From: Takakia lepidozioides
Taxonomy: Eukaryota; Plantae; Bryophyta
Length of the DNA: 64,000 nt
Direction: 5' to 3'
Assembly (NCBI GenBank): GCA_030704615.1
Contig: CM060731.1
Coordinates: 34,224,001 to 34,288,000, forward strand
Shown: positions 13,686 to 25,200 of the stretch, piece after piece
Numbering within the stretch: the stretch's first letter is position 1
Layout of the letters: each line of letters starts with the position of its first letter
Notes under the pieces: generated by a model
What the model was told of the DNA's origin: nothing
The model's input: the letters and a program-made list of their open reading frames with translations, nothing else
Databases searched by the model: none
Program-made: the position numbers and the translations under genes

Positions 13686-14877
13686 CATGAGGCCAGCATC
13701 AATATCATCTTCGGCGTCTGTCTCTCCCTCGGATGCAGTCTCCTCCTCACCTGTTCTCGGATGTATGGGGGGTTGTTGTTCCTCTCCAAAATCCTGCTCT
13801 TGCATCGCCAACCTTTTCTCGTTTCCCTCTTCTTCCTCCTTTCCCTCTTCGTCTACTCTTTCTATCCTCACTCTATCTCTGGCTCTCTTCCTGTCCCTAG
13901 TGCTCGTAAAGTATACTGACTTCCTTCTCTTCTTCCTCCGGTGGAAGCAAGGGCTCCCCACGCTGCCTCTACAGGCTCCAGTTTGACGTTTGCAACAAGG
14001 GTTGCTTTGGAATGTATCAAAAATACAAATTGGACATTGTTAACCGTATTTGGATGCTCATCCATTTCTCCGTCTATGAATTATCCAAGAAAAAAAATGG
14101 TGGCACTTCCAATGCCGTTCCCTGTATACTTGTGATATATGTCAGATGTTCCTCGCCAGCTGCCAGTACACGACAGACTTTTTACATTCTTTGAAATTCG
14201 GAAGTGCCGTAAAAATCTATCTCGGGTCCAATTTCCAACGGTACTTGCACATTGGCAATAATTGTGATGCTTCATACATGCTGTCGAACGGCTTTTACTC
14301 ACCCATCCCTTCGTTATCCGAGGTGGAAACTCCAAGATAGAAGAGTTGGATATCTCTAAGCACTCAGCCCGCTCAGTACAATCAGTCATGACCTGCAGCT
14401 AGTGAATCATGGTTGTGCTTCCCATTCGTATTCCTTCTTGCCTTCATGTTATCAATTTACCTTATTTGATACTGAAGCATCAGATTGCTTCAGTATCTTT
14501 TTAGTTCCAGTTAATCATGCATTCATTCACAGCTTCACTCATGTCTCTCTACACAGTGTGCTTGTATCGAATAAGTATCAGATTACGATTTATCAGGTAC
14601 TAGGCCAATGTCAAAGTGATTCTAATCCGTCCTACAGTATCACTACAGCTCTCCATGAAATAAAGCATCTACTGTTCATCTCTCCTCCTACTCCGTGCTC
14701 TCGTTCTTGCTCTCCGCCTGATCTCCTCTCCTCCCTGACCAAAAAGCGCCCCCCCCCCCCGTGAAGTGTCCTTCTTTCCGTTGCCGCTCTCCTTATCTGC
14801 CCGCAAGCTGTTCTAACCACCTAACTAATTAACCGTCATCCCTCACAGTCGTTCCCTGCCAATGATAACTGTTCCCT

Positions 14878-15027
14878 ATGTACTGTGACAGGCTGTGTCA
14901 AGCTGTGACTGGCTGTGTAAGGCTGTGTCGGGCTGTGACTGGCTGTGTCGGCTGTGTCGGCTGTGCGAAGCTGTGGCGGGCTGTGTCGGGCTGTGTTGGG
15001 CTGTGTCGGCTGTGCGAAGCTGTGTCA
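14878..15027 (+). repeat. (ggctgtg)-type short tandem array
   Basis: ctgtgacaggctgtg... units; reverse complement of the cacagcc array at 48140-48810. Confidence 0.7.
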
Positions 15028-15625
15028 CCCCCCGCCCCCCCTCCCCCCCCCCCTAAAGCCTGCTGCTGCCACCCCTAAGGCTCATGTTGGTCTCAGTCTG
15101 CACAAAAATTAAGGGTACCCCACAGAACCCGTAAAAGCGTCTAAGTCCCAAGCAGCCCTCTAACATTTACCCCTCCCCCTCTCAAAAAGTCGTGTCCTCA
15201 CGGTTTATTGTTTGGGATTAGCAAACCTTTGTGAGCGAGCACCCTTCTGACGGTGAGAGTCTCGTGAAGGACTCCGTGTGCGAGCCCGAGTCCTGTCACT
15301 GGTTGACGGAGATGATTGAGCACTACCTGGAAATGTCAGTCCCTCCTTTGGCTGATATCGAGGTAACCTCTCAGGCATAGGAGATCCCTGTCGTTTCTTC
15401 TCTGCCATCTGAATTGCATAATCCTCTGCCATGTCAAAAAAGTCCGCTGAAGAAACAATAGTATCAGAATCCTCGTCCCCCCATGTCCCAAGTGAGGCTT
15501 GACACCTCACTTGACATATGAGACGAAATGAAGTCCCAACACACAAAATACAAATATAAATATCCAAAATGTTCTAATTAACTAGAAGTAGGTAATTCTA
15601 ATTAACCATGACTAAAACCAAGACA

Positions 15626-16325
15626 ATCATGAGACCAAGCTGGTGCATCCCTCCTCATCGATGAGGGCTTTCCAACGGTACCAAGCACGAGGGCTAGGGC
15701 CCCGATTGTCACCTGCAACTTACGCCACGATAACCACATCTAGTTTGCGAGTACTGGCATCCTTTCCTGATTTTGGTGTTGTCAACTTGGATTTGGGTCC
15801 AGCTGGACAAGATCACAATCCAGCAATCATGTCGTATTTCCTAGATTGGTACGGGTTGACAAATTATCGCGTCCTCAACAACGCCTCAAAGCTACACAAG
15901 AAAACAAAAGAAAACAAAACAATTTATATGAATTCTTGTGACCGAAAACATTTAAAATCCCAAATCTCCCACGTGAAGGGCCAATCATTGCTCTACGAAA
16001 GCCCACTTTGCTATATTTTGTGAAATTCCAGCGACCAAAAGTACTTGGAACTCAAATCTCCCACGTGAAGGGCCAATCATCGCTCCAGGAAAGCCCACTT
16101 TGCTATTTTTTGCGAATTTCCAACGACCAAAGTACTTGAAATTCCACATCTCCCACACCGCAGGTCCAAAAATCATGAGACCAAGTCGGTGCACCCCTCC
16201 TCATCGAGGGCTTTCCAATGGCACCAAACAGAAGGGCTGGGCCCCCACGGTTTGGGAGATCTCAACAACGCTACAAAACAAAACAAAACAAACAAAAATA
16301 AACTGCCTCGCTTCATATATTGATG
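15626..16325. repeat. Continuation and further copy of the Helitron-like dispersed repeat
   Basis: 16000-16325 closely matches 4930-5240. Confidence 0.75.
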
Positions 16326-16819
16326 CTTAGTCAAGACAAGATTACCTACTTCTAATGTCAAGGTCCAAGCTATTTAAGCGTTAAGGTAGTTGTAGACCCA
16401 AATGAATGCATAGTCATTTCTTTAAGGCATGCCCAATAAAGAGGAGTCAATTTTTTTTATAGAGTATACATATATGTTATATATTGGAATCATTAAGGTT
16501 TGATTCGTTTCGACATCATTGACTTATGCAATGTTGCCTATTCAATTGGACAACCCAATGATCATAATATGACGATGGTATGTTGACATTGCAGATTTGT
16601 CTACATTGACAAATGTTTGTATATTCGACATCGAACCTTCGAAAATGACTTGACCTTTTTTTCAATAGTTTTTGAATAATAAAAAATTCAGCATATTGTG
16701 TGTGTCTTACTAGTAACTTTCAGTCAGCTTTTATTTAACATGATTGTATAGGAAGACGAATTAATATGTAGGGGTGCAATTAGACCTCAACTTCCTTCGT
16801 GAAAACGTACAACAACAAT

Positions 16820-17305
16820 ATGGATGCCAAAAGTGTGTTTAAAACGGTGTTGATATTTCTATGTCTCCCAGCTTGTTGTCTCACAGCTCCCACAATCCCA
16901 GCTTGTTGTCTTCCTTATATCATCGGGAGTTGTTGTTTGTTTCAAATATATAGCCTAAATACAGTTAGATTCCCAAAGTTTCTATTTAGTCAGTCTGAGA
17001 CATACCATCTTGATCTGCTGGACTGCAATTTGATGCTATTCAAGTCAAGTACTGGGCAAACACTATGGAACAGCGGCACAGTTAATAAAGATTACAATTG
17101 TTACGCTTCTATGCAGGCTGATGGAAATTTGGTGGTTTACAATGGAAAAAAACGTGCGCTTTGGAGCACTGGTCCACATACTTGTCCACAAGGCCATGGA
17201 CAAGAATTCGTCCTTATGATACAAGATGATGGGAATCTTGTTATTTATTGCGTTGGTCCCTCAATGATCGATCCTGTATGGAGTACTGGAACTAATGGTG
17301 AATAG
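16820..17305 (+). CDS. Bulb-type (GNA-related) mannose-binding lectin, intronless, with hydrophobic N-terminus
   Basis: QxDxNxVxY sites QADGNLVVY and QDDGNLVIY, a degenerate first site (LLDCNLMLF), and LWNSGT/LWSTG/VWSTGT repeats. Confidence 0.9.
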   Translation: MDAKSVFKTVLIFLCLPACCLTAPTIPACCLPYIIGSCCLFQIYSLNTVRFPKFLFSQSETYHLDLLDCNLMLFKSSTGQTLWNSGTVNKDYNCYASMQADGNLVVYNGKKRALWSTGPHTCPQGHGQEFVLMIQDDGNLVIYCVGPSMIDPVWSTGTNGE

Positions 17306-19349
17306 TAATATTGTAGAATGACTTGCAGATGCTAGTTCCAAATGCAGCTACTTGATGATGATGATGAAAACATTTGAGATTTTTTGTCCAACAATTCGTA
17401 ACGAATTTCAGTTACCTCCACATAGCAATGCTCCAAATATTACTCTTGATTGGCTTTCTGTTAGTGATTTAGCGTCAGATGATGAGTTTTTGAATGACAG
17501 AGAGGTAGTTCTTCAACTTCCTAAATCTAATCCTCTGGTTTGTGGAATATATGATCCTCCGCTTTCTGAAGCAAACAAGGATCGTCCACTTGATTTCGGG
17601 AGGCGATTCCAACCGAATTGCAGAATGTCATTGCTGGCGGCGAACGGATTTAGAATTGATTTTAAGAGAACTGGCGTCGTAGGGTTTTTGTTGAGTGGCA
17701 AAATCTTTGCAAGTTTCATGGACAATTGAGGAGCTCTACATGGAAGATATTAAAGACCCCATTGAGAAGTTGACTACATTTTTCCTTCAAGTAATGAAGG
17801 TTGACAACACTTTATATGCACCTGGCATGTAGTGCAATTTTCTTTGTGATTTATTGTTGTTCATTCATTCATTGCTTTGTAGGATTATGACAATATCTTA
17901 TTGTCATTGCAACATAGCTTCGCTGTTTAAAGCAGCAAGCAGAATAATTCACGCAAGAGAGGAGGCTGATGTTATAGCCACTGGTGCATGAGCTCCGCTG
18001 TGCCATTAAATATCTCTATGGATCCACGGTTTCATAAAGTAAATTAGATTGCCCTGTGGTGTGAAAAGAAGGGGCTCCACAAGCCCTGCTCTAGAGTTAG
18101 TCACTTGATCAGAGACACACCAAGCCCATCCTGCCACAGCGGAAAGGAAGACATAGGTAGGGTCAGGTAATCCACATAATCCTTGACAGCATGTGATTGC
18201 GTATGATCACTAGGCGCCTACATTGTCCCACAAAGTATCTCCAGCGGAGGCAATACATGGAGAACTGTCCATTACCTATCTTCATGGTTATTCCCATACC
18301 ACAATCAGCTGAACCACGCACATGTGCCTATCCGGCTCCCTCTCTCTCTCTCTCTTGCTCATTTTCTTTGCATTCCCTCTCTCTACTGGGTAAAATCTTT
18401 GTACTTCAACATCGAATTGATCATTACTCAACTGGAGGTTGCATCACCAGAGTGGGACATCACACTGAATGTTGAGAGTTGGCATCTGCCATGCATTAAA
18501 CTGACAAAGCGAGAGCTCTTCTGAATCTCTCTTTCACAAATTCTAATCCTTTGCATATATAATCTTTTTGCAGAACCTGAAAGGGACTACTCAAAACATG
18601 GACTAACAACAATGGATGTTATTGGGCGTGATCATGCCCTTTCCCTTTTCTCCATGAGAGGATTGACTAACAAACATAAACCTTATACCCTTGACTTGGC
18701 ATGAAGAATGAAATTCCAGTAAGGAAATGTGAATCAGAGCAGAACAAAGATAACCAACAAAATCTAGTAGCTGATAAATATAACCATAGTGCCAAGCTAT
18801 GAATGCACACAATCCCACTTCTTCTTCCTTCATAACATCAAGGTGTTCCACAGTCACATTGTTTTTACCCAAGAATAGGGTTCCATCTCCCACAATCTAT
18901 TCCCCATTCTCTCCTCCTACCATCCTCAACTCGTAACTCCTAAAATAGAAGAAACAGTTCATTGTCCTAATTCCAGGCCTAAATCCCCAAAACCACATGC
19001 CTGAGGAATTACTATGGGTACTGTCATAGCCGATGCTACACGCTCTTAATCCTGTCCGTAAAGCAGCCCCAACCCCCATTGTGGTCTCCTCTATCGTAAA
19101 AACCTGCTCTAAATTTTCTTTTGTACTTTTTAGGGCATTTTGAAGCAGAACTCCCCAGGATGCACAAGTGGCATGGAACCAGTCGTGCCATTGGGGGCAG
19201 GAGCATGGAACGGGTGGTTCCATTTCTGGAACCTCGTTGCCATAGGGAGATTAGTGGAACGCAATCTTGTCCCTTGGATGACATATCATCTAGGGTTGAT
19301 GTGAAGCCAGCCAGTCAGAGGGCGGAACCAGATGAGCAAATTTTTACGC

Positions 19350-19447
19350 AGCGGAAAGTTCCTGCCCGCGGACTTTCCGCCGTTTGCGGGTATGCCCTCG
19401 GGCCCACCCTTAAACGGCGGAAAGTCCGTGGACAGGAACTTTCCGCT
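19350..19447. repeat. Long nested inverted repeat (hairpin); MITE-like or MIR-like
   Basis: 35-nt arms gcggaaagttcctgcccgcggactttccgccgttt and aaacggcggaaagtccgtggacaggaactttccgc pair with 2 mismatches. Confidence 0.85.
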
Positions 19448-21905
19448 ATACATTAACGCAGCCGCAGAATGCAAAAACATAAATACCCGTCGAAATACTT
19501 AGAACTGCAAACAGCTCTCGAGAGCAGACACAAAATTCACTTGGTGTCAGCAGTCTTCATGCCTAACCCGCCATATTGTGGTTAGCCCACCGCTTGAGCA
19601 CAAATCCGCTGATCTGAGATAAAATCAGATGAACACACATTGCATACACCAAAGATGTATCCTCAACAAATTCATCCAGGCTCTCAAGCTCTATTGCCCA
19701 ACTTAAGTGCCAAAAACTTAGGGTTTCAACATGGAGGACATAGCTATATAGAACATCAAGGATCTGCACAGCCTCATCTTCGCACGCATAAGGCAAAACC
19801 AAGACGTAGAGATACACGGAGGCCCTGCCATTGTTTTACAGATATGAAGTTTTAGCTTGGACCACTCGAGGGATAAGTTACTCCATGCTGCATATGCATG
19901 CATACTAATGTAGTCACTGCTCAAGGCCAACATGTGCCCAATTGAGAACTAAAACCTTTCATGTTCCCATTAAGTCTCATGGGAACAACCCATGATATAA
20001 GGTTAAGGTCACTTTGGCCAACTTGATGCGTACTAGTCCCTACCCTGTCGGGCAGGGCCAACAAATTAGAACGGCAGGTGTATTCTGAGCTCCACATATT
20101 CACCCTATGGCCCCAAATGTGGGGCACCTTATAAATTGTCTTCGAGTTAAAAACAACAAAATTCACTATTGGTTTTTTCTTACCATAATAACTCTATTTT
20201 CACTAATTCTGGACTTTTAGCTTAAATCCAGACCAAATTAATATATCACTCAATTAAAATAAATTCAATATTATGATAAATGAATCAATGAACTTTGTGA
20301 AATTGCAGATGATGTCACACTAAAATTGTTGAGATGCTACTTAGAATGATCAAGAGAGAGAAACTTTGCATCATGTTGAAGTCAATGGAGAAAAATGTGG
20401 TCCAAGGACCTTACACCGTGTCAGGGCTCCAATTGGTGTGTTGTTCTCAGTCATGCTCCCTAGTATCCCCTTCCTCTTATATTTTGCCAAAGCAAGAGAG
20501 CCCATTGCTACGTGAGGCTTGTTTAAGATCACGAAAAAACAATTCAATTACTAAACTTATAACAGAGATAGTACTCAGGCTATTCAGAGTATTCAGACTT
20601 GAGATGTTTGTTGCTGCAAAACCAAAAACCATCTGGTTCTGGATTCGCATATTTTACAGATGTAGCTTCAGCATTTTGAGGATTGGTAGGATGCCCCTCC
20701 TTGATGGTTGAGTGATTGAATATTTGGATGACCATGGTCTTGACTTATCAATTTGCAGGCCCTGCACTCTCCTGCCTTCTCCAGTGAACATCTCAGCACA
20801 GTAATGCCATCTGGTTGTGCTTGTGGCTACAAGGGAACCTGCAGTGAGAGACAAGATTACTTTTGATGTACACTGAAGAGAATATTATATTTGTTCTTCC
20901 CCACATGCCTGAAGGTGTTAGCAAACACTAAACTGTCCTTGTAAGAACCATGGGTCAGGTCTGTTTGCATTCAGAGGATAGAAGCAGTATTTGACAGATC
21001 CTCTGACTGATGGTTTGTACTCTTGCTGGCATTTTCCCTGCCCAATACCAAACCCCTGAGCCAGTGGTGCTGAACTTGAAACTGCCGATTGTGACGAAGA
21101 GAACCTCACAAACTATCCAGTTGCGAGGGCTTAAGGTTGATTAGATGCCATGCAAGTGACATTACAAATGATATTAATCTCAGCTCTGTTATTGCAGATG
21201 TCTACTCTATGCAGTTACCTTCCGGTGCACTGCAATTTGAACCCCTGGAGAGAGATAATGTACCCATAAGACTTTGTTTGCCGTACCCTTAGTTTGGACG
21301 GAAACATAGGGTATAGAAACTACCTTTGGGCTCACTCCAGTAGTGTGACTTACCTTATAAAGAAAAGTAGTTCGAGCTTTCCAGATATCCTCTAGAAAAC
21401 CTTTCACACAAGCATCAATCTGCAGTGTGTAAGTAGCCCAAAAGCAAGGACCCCAACAGGGCCAGGGCTTTAGGCTCAGCCTCAAAATTATCAAACCTGG
21501 AGAGATAAACAGAGACAGAGAGAGGTCCAGCATTAGGGCAGATGATAGAACACCTTCCTGAGTTTGAAGCACTCCAGGGTTTTCATACCTGCAGGTGGGT
21601 GGCACAAAATTGTGGTGCTTGCATATCAGGACGCCATAATCACACCTCTACCCCATCTGATACTCATGACAACTGAGCAGTTGTACTTGTGCTCTGGTGT
21701 ACATGACAAAATTGCTGCTTTCCTACAGCAATTTCTCTGTAGCTGATGGTTTATAGAGCAAAGTCTATTAACTTCTGGTTGGGATCAAAAAATCTACAAG
21801 TAAGAAGGGGAGAGAGAGCGAGAGAGCTGCCAAAATGTGGAGTAAAGGTTGGTTGTACCTTAGAGATGACCACCAAAACCTTTTGCTAATAAAAAGATGC
21901 TTCTA

Positions 21906-23205
21906 TCAAGCAGGGGTGTGGATAGGCTCCTCAGTGCAGATTTCCTTTAACTTGTCTGCAACCAGCTCCTCCATCCCATACTGCACACAGGACACAGCCA
22001 GGATTATTCAGAAACACTACAGAAAGCAAGGGGACAGGAGTGAGACCAAGTTGGGGATGGTTTGTGCGTTATAAAAGAAAGAACTCACTGATCCAATCTG
22101 AAAACTCAACCTTAATAAAAGCATCATCGCCAAACAATATTTTTGGTGAACACCAGAAAACAAGTTGATACTCACCAACATTCAAGACTACAAAAATCTG
22201 AATTGCATAATCAAAAATCTGAATCGGATTATGCAATTCATTCAATCTGCACTCAATGGAGGATTTGAACAAGACCAAGCAACGACAACAGCTAGATCTA
22301 AAGCAACAGAGCCGTTTCGTATGTTTTATTATAGGCCAAAACCAGGGGAGGAGGAAGGGGACATCGCGAACAAGGGTACTCGCACAGAAATCATGTATGC
22401 AAGATATTCATGACGACCGGAATGTTTGGGATGATGGATCTGTACAGCTCTGCCAGAGACATTTGAAAAAATGGACGAAAGAAGCTTAACGGATCCCAAG
22501 TTAAGAACGGTATACAGACCAGAGAAAACTAAATAGTAGATCAAGCCCAAATAGTTACAAACAGGACAAAAATTCAGACAAACGTGCAAAGCAAAAGCTC
22601 CCCCCACAATCGATAGGAGTATTGTACAGTCCATGAGGGGAACATAGACTTCCTCTTAAAAACAACCAGAACTTGATTCAGGTGTCAATTTACAAAAATT
22701 TAGCACCTGCCAGCAAGAAAGAGAGAGTGAAGTAGGGAGGTTGGACACGAATAGGGTGGAAAGATAGAAAAGAGAGCCACTTTTGGTGGGGTATTGTGCA
22801 TTCGTGTATGTCCGTGCGAGAGAGAGGAGGAAGAGACGAGAGAGAGAAAATCATGGGTGGGGGAAAGGTCGATAAGTTGGGGGAAGTGGTGCTGAAGTAA
22901 TGCAGAAGAGCTCAAACCCCGGGATACATGCCCAGATCCACACCACATGGGACACAAACAAAAGGAAAGGAAATGAAGGGACCAGGAAAGACCTTGCGAA
23001 GCACCCAGCAAGAGTGACGATGGGCGCGTTGCAAGAGCGAACGAATTGTGGCGGGGTCGGCCTCCTCACTGTAAGTTACAAAATTCTCCCTTGCATACTG
23101 CCTGTAGTAGGACTGCGTGGCTGGAGGCAGCCTGAGTACCAACCGCAAAACCTCAGCGTACGCTCGCACCACTCTTGTCAGATTTTCCGGCCGCGCGGGC
23201 GCCAC
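21906..23205 (-). CDS. LYR-motif (Complex1_LYR) protein, LYRM9-like, 95 aa, 2 exons
   Basis: Exon 1 23205-22993 (RAYAEVLRLVLRLP...YYRQYARENF...HSCWVLRK|GT); exon 2 21980-21906 (CAG|YGMEELVADKLKEICTEEPIHTPA*), matching the plant family ending 'KLKEIC'. Confidence 0.9.
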
Positions 23206-23694
23206 ATCTCTGCTACGGCTTTACCGCGCGGTTTCAATATCGCCTGCACGGTTCCACCGCGCGGTGCTGTTCACGGCTTCATCACACCCGCACGGGTGCT
23301 ACAGGTGACTACGTCGAACCGTAGTCAGCGTGGCACACAGTCCCGTCATTTGCACCTACTGGAACAAGTACCGGCGGAAATTTACGTGGTATCCTCTCAC
23401 GAGAGTGCGTTATGGTCTATAACGAACGCACCCTGACAGTGGGTTACATTTTGTAACCGCACTCCACATGTATTTTTCTTTTCTTTTCGAAGAGTTTCTT
23501 TATCTACACAAAGGAAGTGGAAACGATCTGGCACAAGAGAAACGCCCGAAAAGGACCTGACCAACAAAAAAATTGCCACGTGGCAAAATGGAACGGAGAT
23601 TTTCTAAAAATCTCTTTACGCTAGGTAAAGCACCCCTACTGGTGCCTCACCTGTGGTGAACGTGAGAACAAGTGATAAGACAAACGAGACCAAT

Positions 23695-23941
23695 GGCTGG
23701 TAGCTCAGTTGGATAGTGCACTGGGTGCCGCCCAGATGATTCTGGGTCAAATCTTGCTATCTTGATGGCTATGGTATGTTCGTATGTTCCTCACCCCCCT
23801 TCCCTTGGTCGGTGTCAAATGCGAAAGCCTTCACGGCGAGGTTACTCTGAAAGAGGTTATACTCCCACTAATAATTAAGGGGCTTGATTTGTGAGCTGTT
23901 GCTCCCAGGTGTTTCCCTTAGAAAGAAAAAGAAGAAGAAAA
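23695..23941 (+). mobile_element. tRNA-derived SINE-like element
   Basis: Pol III A box TAGCTCAGTTGG, degenerate B box GGGTCAAATC, an unrelated body and an A-rich tail (agaaagaaaaagaagaagaaaa). Confidence 0.55.
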
Positions 23942-24004
23942 CGATTGCAAAGGATCACAGTAATAGGCATATTAAGTTAGAAGAATTATCATAAAGGGAC
24001 TAAA

Positions 24005-25200
24005 TTTTAGTTTTTTTTTTAGTGTTTTTAGTTTTTTTATTTTTTTAAGAGAACAAGGGCGGTGCCCTGGCGTAACTTTATTTCGAATTATTTGAAGGGA
24101 AAAAAATTAAAACCCTTGATGCCCTAGGGCTGCCATAAGGCTTAACACACGGTAGGCCGCGTTGGATAATTCCATAACCATAGCCCGAGAGTGAACTCTC
24201 GAAAAAGACACTATGAACCGACATGGGTATGAGGCCATCAAAGACCTTGAAGACTTAGGTGTAAATGCTTCAAGAAACAAGAAACAGTAACAGAAGTAGG
24301 TCAGAATCTAGCATAGTGGTCAGAACAGAAACAATGAAGTCGAGGGGTTGGAGAGAGAGCTTGGAGGAGAGGTGAGGAGGTGATGGAGAAGCTATTGCCG
24401 ATTGGCTAGCAGGAGAAAAGCAATGCATCTACCGGTGGAAATGGAGACGGGTAGCTGATCCTACTCTGATGTGCCGCCAATTAATCTCCGATCTATCATA
24501 CTCTGGGGAGGTTGAAGAGGTATCCCCTATGTCCTTGCCAACATGGGGGAATTGAATATGCCCAAACACAGGTGAGGCCATCAACTTTACAAATGATTCT
24601 GTGCTTGCCCCAGGTAGTTCCAAAGGTGTAGATGAGAGAGGCTTGTCGCTCAGGCTTCCTTTTGACCGCTGCACAGAGCAATGCCCATGCTTTTTTAGCA
24701 GCCACCATGAGATCAAAGAAGACCAGAGTAAGAATTGCTGAGGCAGATATGTTTTCGTTGTCTAGAGCCCAGGCACATCGTCCCGCATAATTTCTACAGG
24801 TCTTGTCGGCGAATGGTCCCACGCCCTGTACAATGAGTGGGCCAATGGCTAGATTACACAGGGAGCTAGGCAGTGAAGCAAACAGTGCTCTAAAGTTTCC
24901 ACCATTTGGTTATTGCAACATCTGCAGAGAATAGCCTCTGGGAAGTTCAAGTATTGGCGTACTTTAAGAACTCTGTTAGCTATCTGCCAAAGGAAGGCAC
25001 TCATTTTTGTCGGTTTTGATTTGCTCCAAACTATCGACCATATACCATTCCAGTTCTCATGTCGAAAGTTGTGATGGCTCCATTTCTTTTCCCATTTAGA
25101 GGTTAGAGGCCTGGCTGCAAGAATTGCCATGTAGCCTTTTTTTGTTGTGTATGAAAAGAAGGGGTTCAGGTCTTCTTCAAATGACTAGGACCATTCGGCC
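24005..25200 (-). mobile_element. L1-type LINE-1, 3' part (ORF2 C-terminus with zf-RVT, 3' UTR, A-rich tail); target of gypsy copy 2
   Basis: WSIVWSKSKPTKMSAFLWQIANRVL...CRCC...ETLEHCLLHC; T-rich tail on + at 24005-24047. The frame rejoins with 50490+ (LQLDPAEW) once one GGCC is removed. Confidence 0.88.

Larger units (their letters stand above)
8254..15625 (-). mobile_element. Ty3/gypsy-like retrotransposon copy 1 with split termini (B ... PPT-A'-B-A); degenerate, gag/PR region replaced by other inserts
   Basis: TG...CA ends flanked by ATCA (8250-8253 and 15626-15629). A 8254-~8340, B ~8342-8691, GT spacer, A' 8694-~8780, then minus-strand PPT AGGGGGGCG. Partial B copy at ~15480-15625. Confidence 0.85.

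Noticed and set aside
17352-21800. Additional gene(s) among short ORFs between the lectin and LYR genes
   Set aside because: I could not build a consistent spliced frame or recognise any domain.
23695-23765. Functional tRNA gene
   Set aside because: B box is degenerate, no convincing acceptor stem or anticodon arm, and it continues into a SINE-like body and tail.
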